The translations under genes were made by a program, and so were the position numbers. Under the pieces are notes generated by a model. That model was not told where the DNA came from. It searched no databases and saw only the letters and a list, made by a program, of their open reading frames with translations. Below, piece by piece: positions 26,856-36,588 of a stretch of DNA of 60,142 nt. This DNA is from Candidatus Krumholzibacteriia bacterium (GTDB taxonomy: Bacteria; Krumholzibacteriota; Krumholzibacteriia; WVZY01; JAKEHA01): the NCBI GenBank assembly GCA_035687255.1, contig DASRYI010000344.1, forward strand, positions 1 to 60,142, read 5' to 3'. The first letter of the stretch is position 1. Each line of letters opens with the position of its first letter.

Positions 26856-27953
26856 TCAGTACGCGTGCGCGGGGTGATAGCCGATGGTGTAGCTGGCCTG
26901 CGCCATGATGCGCTGGTCGTGCGGCTTGAAGCCGTTGCCGTCGTCGGCCTGCGCATAGCTGTACTCGAGGCGGATGTACGAGAATTCCGTCGGCGCCCAC
27001 TTGATGTTGGCCGACGCGCGCTTCACGTTGCCGGCGATGGGGTCGCCGGTGGCCGGGTCGACCAGGACGTCGGTGTAGCTGTCGAGCGCCTTTTCGACCT
27101 GCACACCGGTCCACCACACCTGCGAGAGCCGGTACTGAAACGACGCAAAGCCGCCGTGAGCCTGCCGGTGGTAGGTGCCGCCCACCGATGAATTTCTCTC
27201 CAGGTATTCGCCCGACAGAATCCACCCGCGCTGGTTCGACCGTCGCAGGGGAACGTTGCGAAACGTGAGGTCCGCTCCGATGGCGCCGTGGCGGTGGCCG
27301 TCGGCGCCCCGTCCCTGCAATCCCGACACACCGAATTCCATGGTGGTGCTCTCGTTCAGGTCGAACTGGTTTTTCAGGTGGCCGCCGTAGGGAATGTTGT
27401 TGTGGTTGTTGGAACCGAAATCGAGCGGGTTCTCGTCCGTCGCGTCGACGGCCTTGTAGACACCGCCGGTGAGCTCCATGTACCAGGGAACCGGTGTCAG
27501 CCAGGCAGCCTCCAGGCCCGAGTCCTTGAATCCCTCTTCACCGATGGTGTTGGCCATGATGACAGGCGCCTGGATGAACGGGTACGCGTGCGTGTGCAGC
27601 ATCCCCTGTTTTCCAAACATTCCCCGGATCTTTCCGAGTTTCAGCGAGATGTTGGGAATGCTGTTGGTGCGGACCCACACCTCCTCGGGGTCCACCTCGC
27701 CCGTTCCTGCGAAGACGATGTTCGATACCAGCGTCCAGGTCGGGTCGACCACGGAGATCAGGCTCATCTCCGCGTCATCGAAATTGATTCCGTAGGGCTG
27801 GTTCAGATTCGGCGCCGCCTGCGCCGAGACCAGGGCGTTGAGCCCGATCGACGGGTTGGCCAGATTGGAGAACATGGAGCGTGTTTGCGCCGGCGACAGC
27901 GCCGGAATGCACGCAAGGGAAACAAAAACAGCAATGAGTACGCGTGGTTTCAT
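26856..27953 (-). CDS. Putative outer-membrane beta-barrel (porin-like) protein of the metal-uptake operon
   Basis: Signal MKPRVLIAVFVSLACIPALSPAQT. Alternating beta-strand pattern. C-terminal ...ASYTIGYHPAHAY ends in an aromatic residue. Confidence 0.55.
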   Translation of the reverse strand: MKPRVLIAVFVSLACIPALSPAQTRSMFSNLANPSIGLNALVSAQAAPNLNQPYGINFDDAEMSLISVVDPTWTLVSNIVFAGTGEVDPEEVWVRTNSIPNISLKLGKIRGMFGKQGMLHTHAYPFIQAPVIMANTIGEEGFKDSGLEAAWLTPVPWYMELTGGVYKAVDATDENPLDFGSNNHNNIPYGGHLKNQFDLNESTTMEFGVSGLQGRGADGHRHGAIGADLTFRNVPLRRSNQRGWILSGEYLERNSSVGGTYHRQAHGGFASFQYRLSQVWWTGVQVEKALDSYTDVLVDPATGDPIAGNVKRASANIKWAPTEFSYIRLEYSYAQADDGNGFKPHDQRIMAQASYTIGYHPAHAY

Positions 27954-28012
27954 GCGTACACAACCTCCTGAATATGGTTAGAAAACAAGCGGCGGAAACA
28001 GGTCCGGTGTCT

Positions 28013-28309
28013 TCAGGCCACAGGAGGTGCGCGTTCGTTGCGGGTATGGACGGAGGGGTTGGAAACGAGTGCTTCGTCGGCGCAGAAGAGGCGTCCGATT
28101 GACGCCACCTGTGGGATGGGCTCGATCGGATTGTGTGCGCAGGTCACATGCGCCGTACTCAGCAGACAGGCCGCGCAGTGCGTGTTCTCGAGGATGTCGG
28201 AGTGGTGGTGGTGGAGAACCAGGAACGGGGCGGAGACGAACATCCCCACCGCCAGCAGCGCCAGAAACAGGCGCACCCGACTGAGGAAGGTATGTCTATC
28301 TTTGATCAT
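28013..28309 (-). CDS. Small membrane protein with HHHH and HCAAC motifs (possibly DUF2946-like, metal related)
   Basis: One TM helix LFLALLAVGMFVSAPFLVL followed by HHHHSD and THCAACLLSTAH. It is the first gene upstream of the metal-uptake operon. The family assignment is a weak pattern guess. Confidence 0.4.
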   Translation of the reverse strand: MIKDRHTFLSRVRLFLALLAVGMFVSAPFLVLHHHHSDILENTHCAACLLSTAHVTCAHNPIEPIPQVASIGRLFCADEALVSNPSVHTRNERAPPVA

Positions 28310-28316
28310 CCTGAGT

Positions 28317-28333
28317 TAACCTGATGCAGGTTA
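28317..28333. promoter_or_regulatory. Inverted repeat TAACCTG-ATG-CAGGTTA just upstream of the small His/Cys gene (possible metalloregulator operator or 5' hairpin)
   Basis: Perfect 7-bp arms, 8-24 nt upstream of ATG 28309 on the minus strand. Confidence 0.25.
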
Positions 28334-28637
28334 TACAGTTCTTCCCTCAAGAGCGACCCGCGGCGATCTTATAGCGGGAAAGGGAGGATTGCAAGGGCAA
28401 CCGCCCCGGAAACTGCACGCGTGCCCGGTTATACGCTCATGGGGAAGGGCTGTTCCTGAGTGATTTGGGGTGAGACCATGAATCGATCGAGCCACTGGAT
28501 GTTCAGACCAACACAAAAGCGTATGCGGCCATCCGCAGCGCGGCGCCCTTCTGGGCCGCAAATGCGAGTTCGTGTCAAGGCTTCAGTTTTCTTGAGAGCA
28601 ACCTTGCCCGCGCCGTTCTTTTGTCACCGGAGTCACC

Positions 28638-29558
28638 ATGATCAAGCCACTCAACATTGTGTTTGCCGCAGTCTTGACAATGACGTGTACAGGTACAGCA
28701 TGTGCAACGCAGTCCATGGGCAACCCCTATCGTTTCTATGATCCTCTCTTGTGGGCGCATCTGGTCGTGCGGGGAGAGGTTCTTAGCATCACTGAAGCGC
28801 CGTCCACAAGCGCTGAGTGGGGGATTCGGGTTGGTGGACAACCGTATCGGATAACGGTGGAGACGGTAGTTGTCCGAGTCAGCGAAGTGCTGAAGGGGCA
28901 GTACGTGGGGGGTGAGCTTCCCGTTGCCGTCTTTTCCGGTCGTCATTATCCGCAGCCCAATCCGATCAAGGTCGGGGATGAAGTTGTGCTCGCTGTGAAG
29001 CTGAACGGCGCAACCCATCGGTATTTGCTAGAAAACTACTCGGGTCTTCTTACTCGCCGCGGGACTGAGTGGCAACATCCGGATCCAGGTACCTATACCT
29101 ACATGGCTGACAAACGTGCGCTCTCCTGGCCTGAAGTAGAGGAGCGTGTCGCATCGATGTCGGCCCAAAACATTTCGGAGCAGGCAGACATCATTGTCAG
29201 TGGAACGTTGCGGTCCGTGTCCAACGATCATGAGGATCAAACAACGACGGCGAGCTGGAAGATGTCCGTGGACTCTGTCCTGAAGGGGAATCCCCCGCCA
29301 GGCATCGAGTTCTCAATGGCGTGGAAAGGCAAGCTGCCGGCCTGGGCGGTGCCAATTCCAATGCAGGCTTCCCCGGGACAAAAGTGGCTGGTGTTCTTGA
29401 GGCGTTCCGACGACAAGTATGTTCCATTTGCCGGGCTCAACGGAATGCTGAGAGAGGACGGGGAGCGTCTGATATATGACGATTCCGTTGAGTACCCACT
29501 TTCCCGAAAGGAAGTGTCGTCGATCGTAGAAAGCGCGAATCGTGCCCATCATGAGTAG
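28638..29558 (+). CDS. Secreted hypothetical protein in an AT-richer patch
   Basis: GGAG RBS. Signal MIKPLNIVFAAVLTMTCTGTACA. No recognisable family. Third-position composition is unlike the neighbouring genes. Confidence 0.5.
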   Translation: MIKPLNIVFAAVLTMTCTGTACATQSMGNPYRFYDPLLWAHLVVRGEVLSITEAPSTSAEWGIRVGGQPYRITVETVVVRVSEVLKGQYVGGELPVAVFSGRHYPQPNPIKVGDEVVLAVKLNGATHRYLLENYSGLLTRRGTEWQHPDPGTYTYMADKRALSWPEVEERVASMSAQNISEQADIIVSGTLRSVSNDHEDQTTTASWKMSVDSVLKGNPPPGIEFSMAWKGKLPAWAVPIPMQASPGQKWLVFLRRSDDKYVPFAGLNGMLREDGERLIYDDSVEYPLSRKEVSSIVESANRAHHE

Positions 29559-29673
29559 GAAGCTTGTCTTGGTGCCTGTGGTTGTTGGAACTCTGATAGC
29601 GTCTTCCTAGGCTGTTCGTGGAGGGAATCGAGCTGGACGGAGAGAAGGGAGTGGCTCGCCACCGGAGATAGAA

Positions 29674-29724
29674 ATTCCCGGCACCGAACAAGTCAGTACC
29701 GGGAATCTCAAGTGGTAGCGGGGG
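29674..29724 (+). repeat. Left copy of imperfect direct repeat: degenerate hairpin + last 12 nt of tRNA-fMet
   Basis: ATTCCCGGCACCGA-acaagtcagt-ACCGGGAATCT-caag-TGGTAGCGGGGG. The three capital blocks (14+11+12 nt) are identical to 33588-33641. Confidence 0.7.
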
Positions 29725-29787
29725 TGCGTGATGAGCAGCAAAAGATAGTTTTCCCACCTGTCGACATCATTGAGATAGGATCGTGTG

Positions 29788-30771
29788 ATGGACGATCACG
29801 TTCGCGAATACATCGCGAGAATCATGTCGCTGCTGCGAAAAGGGGCAGCGCGGGGCACGGCGACGAGCCATCCGTTGGACCTTCCCGGGGCCATCTTCTC
29901 AATCCTCACCAGCCGCGAATTCTGCTACCTGGGACGAACCCGGACCGAACCCTACCGGGAACGTACCGTTGCGGAAATCGCGAGGAATATTCAGGCGGGC
30001 GAACCGGTGCGTTTCTACTATGACATCGGCGCGGGCTATCACGCGAGCATCGATCCGTCCCGGTTCGGTCTCGTGTTCGGTGTCGGTTTCTCGGAGTTGT
30101 GCGTGCTGGCACAGGTTGCCTCATTCTGCAATCGCGTGGCTGAAATTCACGCTCCCGGTGCGCGCTTCATTCTTGTCATCGACAATGTGTGTGGTCTGAT
30201 GACGAACGATATCCCGCTCGAGAATACGAAAGCGTACTGCGCCGACCTGCGTGCGTTGATCGCACAGACGGGCACCGGTGACCGTGTCGACGTGCTGGTT
30301 GAATCCGAAGCGTTCTCTGTCTCGGAATACGGCATCGACCCGGCACGATTGCGCCGGGACATCGCAACGATCAATCCCTCGCCGGAGGATGTCGAGAATG
30401 TGGGTCGTTTTCTCGGGCGGCCGTGCGACGAAACCGAAGCCGTGGAGAGAATGGCCCGCTACCGCCAGGCCGGGGAGATGACCGAGGACCGGTTGGAGCG
30501 CGTGGTCTGCGGGGTTCGCATGACCCAGCGGGCAACCGGCGCAACGCTCGGATTCCGACCGTTCCCCGGGGGTGACTCGAGGACGCAGGTTGGCGAGCTC
30601 GGCATCACCTGCAATGCAAAGGGGAACCTTCGCCCGGTACTTCTCACCAGTCGGAACGTCCAGCGCTACCGGTGCACGCGTCTGGAGTATCCGGATCTCC
30701 TGCCCTCGACGATCCGATACGTGACCTTTGCCGAACCGGCGGACTCGCCGACGTCGCATCATGAAAAGTAG
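29788..30771 (+). CDS. Hypothetical enzyme; weak pattern resemblance to DIT1/PvcA-type (isonitrile-synthase family) proteins
   Basis: 327 aa. The block FYYDIGAGYHAS...GFSELCVLAQVASFCNRVAEIHAPGARFILVIDNVCGLMTNDIP...YCADLRALI loosely parallels the PvcA-family xPGAxIxIxSDGxVF region. This is unverified. Confidence 0.5.
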   Translation: MDDHVREYIARIMSLLRKGAARGTATSHPLDLPGAIFSILTSREFCYLGRTRTEPYRERTVAEIARNIQAGEPVRFYYDIGAGYHASIDPSRFGLVFGVGFSELCVLAQVASFCNRVAEIHAPGARFILVIDNVCGLMTNDIPLENTKAYCADLRALIAQTGTGDRVDVLVESEAFSVSEYGIDPARLRRDIATINPSPEDVENVGRFLGRPCDETEAVERMARYRQAGEMTEDRLERVVCGVRMTQRATGATLGFRPFPGGDSRTQVGELGITCNAKGNLRPVLLTSRNVQRYRCTRLEYPDLLPSTIRYVTFAEPADSPTSHHEK

Positions 30772-31664
30772 GCATACAGCCCCTCCGCCTGGTAACGGCG
30801 CATGCGCCGCAGACGCGCGTCATTCATGTGCCGCGACGCCCCGGTCGTCTTGTTGACGTCGAGCAGCACCGCCTCGCCGTCGTTGATCACGTAGTCGAGC
30901 TTCCCGTAGTCGAGCCCCAGCGACTTTCGCCATTCCACCACGCGATCGTCTGGCTCGATCGATTCGGTTCGAGCGTTGCGCTCCGCCTTCACGATCGGAT
31001 TCACCGTGCCGATGCGCGTGCACGTGGAGCGGTCGCCGAGAAACTGATAGACGCGCGTGTGGTAGAGCCCGTTTTCGATTTCGGGGCGAAACTTCTCGAC
31101 AATGACGTCGTGGTCGGCAAACCAGTGATCGGGGACATCGCCGATGCGGTCGAAGATCCGGTAGTCGCGCGGCCCCGAAAAGGGCAGTTTTCTGCGCCGG
31201 AGCCGGTCGATCCTCTTTCGGAAACGACGCAGGCCGTGGAGGCGGTGCTCCAGCGCGGTCATGCTCAGATAACGCTCGGGCACGCCGGCGTAGTTGAGAT
31301 CCGATTTCACGATCACGGGACCGTCCCAGGGGTCGCCCGGGCGAACCAGGTTGCGGCTGAAGGTTGATTTGCGGATGTCCCGGATTCTGGCGTTGAGCGC
31401 GATGGGGTATTGCGCGGCAAACTCCAGGTACTCCGAAGGGACGACGGAGAGGTTGACGTGGACGAGAACGACGTCGGCCTGCACGTGGCGGCGGATCCCG
31501 TAGACGTAGTCCACGTGGTGACCGTCTTCGCGCCAGCACTCGGCCAGGTGATGGACGATGTAATCGGACGGATCACGATGCCGGTCCCCTTCATGGAACA
31601 GGACCGCGATTCGCTGCAGGCGGGCGACGACCGCTGCCTCCGACGTTCCCGGTTGCTTTTTCAT
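30759..31664 (-). CDS. ATP-grasp-fold-like protein (hypothetical ligase)
   Basis: Motifs GPVIVKSDLNYAGVPE, YHTRVYQFLGDR and KLDYVINDGEAVLLDVNKTTG resemble ATP-grasp nucleotide and Mg-binding blocks. Its 3' end overlaps the convergent gene by 13 nt. Confidence 0.6.
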   Translation of the reverse strand: MKKQPGTSEAAVVARLQRIAVLFHEGDRHRDPSDYIVHHLAECWREDGHHVDYVYGIRRHVQADVVLVHVNLSVVPSEYLEFAAQYPIALNARIRDIRKSTFSRNLVRPGDPWDGPVIVKSDLNYAGVPERYLSMTALEHRLHGLRRFRKRIDRLRRRKLPFSGPRDYRIFDRIGDVPDHWFADHDVIVEKFRPEIENGLYHTRVYQFLGDRSTCTRIGTVNPIVKAERNARTESIEPDDRVVEWRKSLGLDYGKLDYVINDGEAVLLDVNKTTGASRHMNDARLRRMRRYQAEGLYAYFS

Positions 31665-31731
31665 CTATGACTTGATCTTAGCCGAGGGACGTGGTGTGGT
31701 ATACTAGTCCCGTACCTTATTCTCTGATTTT

Positions 31732-32520
31732 ATGTCGTTGCCTTCCCTGGTTGTGCTCAAGTTCGGTGGTTCCGTCCTGGACGGCGGGCAGGCCATCCCG
31801 CTTGCGGTGCGCGAGATATCCGGTCATCTGCAGAAACAGGAACGGGTTATCGCGGTCGTGTCGGCCTTCAAGAACCACACGGATGCGCTGGAGAAGCGGG
31901 CGCAGCACCTGTGCGAGCGGCCCGCACCCGACGCGTACGCCTTCTACGTCGGGCTGGGCGAGCTGTATGCCGCCGGGGAGCTCACGCTGGGGCTGCAGGG
32001 CAGCGGGATTCCAGCCACGATCCGTACGCCCTGGGATGTCTGGCTGTTCTCCGGGGGCGCACCCCTGAACGCCGTACCCGTGGCCCTGTCCCGCCACCGG
32101 TTTTTCGATGCTTTCCGGAACCACCGCGTCGTTGTGTTTCCAGGGTTTGTCGGTCGCGGCGGGGACGGTCGGCCCCATCTGCTCGGCCGCGGGGGCTCCG
32201 ACCTCACCGCAATCTTTCTGGCTGCCGAACTCGGTGCCGACCGGTGCGTCCTGCTCAAGGACACGGCGGGAATCTTCGAGTGGGATCCGGCCCGCGATGG
32301 ATCGCCACCGCGCCGCTATTCGAAATTGAGCTGGGAGGATGCCATCGTGCTGGGCAGCCCCGTACTCAAACCGGCACACGTGGAGTACGCGCGTTCGCGA
32401 CGCGTGACCATCGAAGTGACGGCGCCGGGAACATCGTACTCCACCATTGTCGGGGACGATGCATCGCAGTTCGCCGCTCAGCGCGAACCCGAACACCCGA
32501 AACCCGGACATCGCGAGTGA
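31732..32520 (+). CDS. Aspartokinase-like amino-acid kinase lacking ACT regulatory domains (262 aa)
   Basis: Motifs VVLKFGGSVL, VIAVVSAFKNHTDAL, GLGELYAAGELTLGLQGSGIPA, VVVFPGFVGRGGDGRPHLLGRGGSDLTAIFLAAELGADRCVLLKDTAGIFEWDP. The protein ends right after the kinase fold. Confidence 0.75.
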   Translation: MSLPSLVVLKFGGSVLDGGQAIPLAVREISGHLQKQERVIAVVSAFKNHTDALEKRAQHLCERPAPDAYAFYVGLGELYAAGELTLGLQGSGIPATIRTPWDVWLFSGGAPLNAVPVALSRHRFFDAFRNHRVVVFPGFVGRGGDGRPHLLGRGGSDLTAIFLAAELGADRCVLLKDTAGIFEWDPARDGSPPRRYSKLSWEDAIVLGSPVLKPAHVEYARSRRVTIEVTAPGTSYSTIVGDDASQFAAQREPEHPKPGHRE

Positions 32521-33557
32521 AGTGGAATTTCCCCGAACATCCCGTGGTCACCGTGGTCGGTTGTACCGGCGCGGTGGGACGAGAGCTCATTCGCCTGATC
32601 ACCGAACGAAAACCGGATTTCGGCAGGATCGATCTGATCGCGTCCGAGAATTCGGCGGGAAACACGCTGACGATCAACGGTGGCACGCGGGTCATTCAGC
32701 GGCTGGCCGACTACGATTTTGCGGGCTCGGACATCGCCTTTTTCGCCGTGGGCGGTGCGACCAGCGCGGAGTTTGTACCCCGGGCGGCGGCGGCCGGCTG
32801 CCTCGTTATCGACAAGTCGCCCGCGTTTCGCATGAAGGCCGACTGCCCGCTGATCGTCCCGGAGGTCAACGCCGGTGAAATGGCAGAAAGACCGGCGTCG
32901 AACATCATCGCCAGTCCCAACTGCTCTACGATTCCGCTGGTACGGGCACTTGCACCCCTGCACCGGGGCATCGGCGTGCGCAGCGTGGTGGTGGCCACGT
33001 ATCAGGCCGCCTCGGGTCTGGGACTCGCGAGCATCGACGATCTGCTGGATGACACGCGCGCGGTCCTGGCCGACACGCCGGGCGGAACCGCACGCTTTCC
33101 GCTGCCGCTCGCGTTCAACGTGGTTCCGCAGATCGACCTGTTCTGCACCGACGGGTTCACCATCGAAGAACGAAAACTCGTCATGGAGAGCCGGAAGATA
33201 CTCGGCGATCCCCATCTTGCCGTGACGGCAACCACCGTGCGGGTTCCGGTGATCAACGGGCATTCCGAGGCGGTATACATCCAGTGTGCGCGTCCGACGT
33301 CGCGCGCAGAGATCGTCGATGTTCTGCGTGCGACCCCGGGACTCGCCGTCGGCGACGGATTCGAACACTACACCACACCCCGGTTCATGCCCGATCCCAA
33401 TACGGTCTCGGTGGGACGAATTCGCCTCAATCCGGACGACCCCTGCGGTGTGTGGATGTGGCTGGTGGCGGACAACCTCCGACCCGGCGCCGCGCTCAAT
33501 GCGCTCGAGATCGCGGAGCTTGCGCTCGAGCGAAGCCGGGCGGCGGCCGCGTTGTAG
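32517..33557 (+). CDS. asd: Aspartate-semialdehyde dehydrogenase
   Basis: GTG 32517 overlaps the ask-like stop (GTGA). Motifs VVGCTGAVGRELIRLI, IIASPNCSTIPLVRAL, ATYQAASG, RVPVINGHSEAV, ADNLRPGAALNA. Confidence 0.9.
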   Translation: MKWNFPEHPVVTVVGCTGAVGRELIRLITERKPDFGRIDLIASENSAGNTLTINGGTRVIQRLADYDFAGSDIAFFAVGGATSAEFVPRAAAAGCLVIDKSPAFRMKADCPLIVPEVNAGEMAERPASNIIASPNCSTIPLVRALAPLHRGIGVRSVVVATYQAASGLGLASIDDLLDDTRAVLADTPGGTARFPLPLAFNVVPQIDLFCTDGFTIEERKLVMESRKILGDPHLAVTATTVRVPVINGHSEAVYIQCARPTSRAEIVDVLRATPGLAVGDGFEHYTTPRFMPDPNTVSVGRIRLNPDDPCGVWMWLVADNLRPGAALNALEIAELALERSRAAAAL

Positions 33558-33587
33558 CGCGACGCCCGGAACGGCCGGACAAAGAAG

Positions 33588-33629
33588 ATTCCCGGCACCG
33601 AGTTTGTCTCGACACCGGGAATCTTTTTT

Positions 33630-33641
<12 letters not shown>
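33588..33641 (+). repeat. Right copy of the direct repeat (terminator hairpin + 3' end of the intact tRNA-fMet)
   Basis: ATTCCCGGCACCGA-gtttgtctcgac-ACCGGGAATCT-ttttt-TGGTAGCGGGGG. Confidence 0.7.
33589..33630 (+). terminator. Rho-independent (probably bidirectional) terminator between asd and tRNA-fMet
   Basis: Stem TTCCCGG...CCGGGAA with inner CGAG/CTCG pairing, followed by TCTTTTTTT on the plus strand. It lies 31 nt after the asd stop. Confidence 0.65.
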
Positions 33642-33706
<65 letters not shown>

Positions 33707-33772
33707 ACAAATCTTTGGGACGCGTAGTTTGGCCGTTCGGGCCGGAAATGTCAAGGGCCTGAGAAGGGGCCT

Positions 33773-34243
33773 CTACTTCGACTTCCTGGCGTCCTTTGCC
33801 GGCTCGACGATCTTGAACACCTTGTCGCCCGGCTTGATGTAGCTGTAGCGTTCGCGGCCGGTCTTTTCGACATAGAAGGGATCGCTGTCGAGACGCGCCA
33901 CTTCGGCCTCGAGCACGGTGGCATTGTGTTCGAGTTCGTTGATGCGATGGTCGAGCGTCGCACGCTCGTGCTGCAGCATGGCAATGCGAATCACACCGCC
34001 GTCGCCGAGTACGAACGCGTACACGATACCGGCCAGCAGCACGAACACCAGAAACCGGCGAACCGGCGCGCTCACCGCCACCTGGTTGTGGTAGAAGCGG
34101 CGCAGAAACGGCCGCACGCTCCCGCTGCTTGCCACCGCCGACGTGGGCGCGGCGCCGCTGGCGGTACGCGGACGCGGACGAAAGTCGCGAAACGCACTGC
34201 GCTGCGCGTTCATCTTCTCATGTTCCGAATCCCAGAAGCGCAC
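33773..34243 (-). CDS. ftsB: Septum-formation initiator family protein (FtsB/DivIC-like)
   Basis: GTG 34243 is preceded by GAGGAGG. One TM (FLVFVLLAGIVYAFVL), then a coiled coil (HERATLDHRINELEHNATVLEAEVARL) and DPFYVEKTGRERYSYIKPGDKVF. Classical position downstream of eno. Confidence 0.7.
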   Translation of the reverse strand: MRFWDSEHEKMNAQRSAFRDFRPRPRTASGAAPTSAVASSGSVRPFLRRFYHNQVAVSAPVRRFLVFVLLAGIVYAFVLGDGGVIRIAMLQHERATLDHRINELEHNATVLEAEVARLDSDPFYVEKTGRERYSYIKPGDKVFKIVEPAKDARKSK

Positions 34244-34264
34244 GATGAACCTCCTCGTCGCTAT

Positions 34265-35572
<1,308 letters not shown>

Positions 35573-35860
35573 TTACAGAGCGCCATGAAGGGGTTGGTAT
35601 CAACTCGCCCGGGAATTGAACAAACTCTAGAAACCCCCTCCGAAATGTGTCAACATAAATCAACTTAGGCGCTTGGAGCGTTTGCTTCGAGTGCGTTCAT
35701 CCGAACGGCCTCGCATTTCCATGATCCCGGCGTGGTGTTGCCGCAGCATGCCGGGATTCATCGTCCGCGCATCCTGTCTTCCCTTCCCGGGAGGGCGGGA
35801 GCCTGCGTCTGCCGCGCGAAGGCACACGTCCGTCCCGGACATTCAACCGAGGCATCCCCT

Positions 35861-36436
35861 TTGAGAGAAGAGGACATCCAGCTCGTCGCCAGATGCCGCG
35901 CCGGTGACGAGCGCGCCTTCCGCGCGCTCCTCGAGAAATACGAGCGGGCGGTGTTCAGCATCTGCCTGCGCATGGTCCGCAACCGGGACGAGGCCGCCGA
36001 CCTGGCCCAGGAGGCCTTCATCAAGGTCTTCGGCTCCCTGGACAAGTACAACCCGGCCTATGCCTTCTCGAGCTGGTTGTTCAAGATCACGTCCAACCTG
36101 TGCATCGACCACCTGCGCAAGCGGCGCATTACCACCTTCGCCATGGACGAGCCGGTCGAAGGGGAGAAGGGCGAATACACGCGCCAGTACGTGGCGCCCG
36201 ACCTCCCGCCCGACGAGACCTTTTCACGCGACGAGAAAATGCGCCGGTTGGAGGAGGGGATTGCGGCGCTTCCGGAGCACTACCGGATCATGCTGGTGCT
36301 CCGGCACCAGGAGGATATGTCCTATGAGGAGATTGCCGAATCCCTCTCCATTCCCCTGGGAACGGTCAAGGCGCGGATCCACCGCGCCCGCGAGATGCTG
36401 AAGTCAATACTCGAAGACACGGATTTTTTTGCCTGA
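35861..36436 (+). CDS. ECF-type sigma-70 family RNA polymerase sigma factor
   Basis: Region 2 is DLAQEAFIKVFGSLDKYNPAYAFSSWLFKITSNLCIDHLRKRR. Region 4 is YRIMLVLRHQEDMSYEEIAESLSIPLGTVKARIHRAR. The start is uncertain: TTG 35861 with an upstream GAGG gives 191 aa, while the listed GTG 35732 would add 43 non-conserved residues. Confidence 0.8.
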   Translation: MREEDIQLVARCRAGDERAFRALLEKYERAVFSICLRMVRNRDEAADLAQEAFIKVFGSLDKYNPAYAFSSWLFKITSNLCIDHLRKRRITTFAMDEPVEGEKGEYTRQYVAPDLPPDETFSRDEKMRRLEEGIAALPEHYRIMLVLRHQEDMSYEEIAESLSIPLGTVKARIHRAREMLKSILEDTDFFA

Positions 36437-36518
36437 TATGTGGATAAATAGTTTATTGGCAGTCTTTTATTTGATCGGGGCGGTGGCCGGGGAGGCTGGA
36501 AAATTTTCGCCCGGGGCC

Positions 36519-36542
36519 GAACTTTTATGCCCCGATTCCGTA
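36519..36542 (+). promoter_or_regulatory. Candidate ECF-sigma-type promoter (GAAC-N16-CGTA)
   Basis: GAACTTTTATGCCCCGATTCCGTA, ~45 nt upstream of ATG 36589 in the 152-nt gap after the ECF sigma gene. Confidence 0.35.
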
Positions 36543-36588
36543 GTGTGCATCTGAAGTACTGATGGATTGCACTGTTGGAGGGTCAACC

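Noticed and set aside
28460-28741. 93-aa ORF, plus 28331-28561 (minus) and 28575-29018 (minus) in the AT-richer patch, and 48511-48708 / 48808-48993 in the long spacer
   Set aside because: No RBS, no signal peptide and no motif. They overlap better-supported features. They are kept only as part of the non-coding or structured-region observations.
31911-33557. 548-aa plus-strand ORF spanning ask-like and asd
   Set aside because: Its first 202 codons are an out-of-frame read-through of the ask-like gene (Arg/Pro-rich nonsense). Real asd homology begins at GTG 32517 (VKWNFPEHPVVTVVGCTGAVG).
29725-33587. Search for an integrase, excisionase or phage genes inside the repeat-bracketed module
   Set aside because: None of the four ORFs shows tyrosine- or serine-recombinase motifs. 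The segment cannot be called a functional integrative element, only a repeat-bracketed module.
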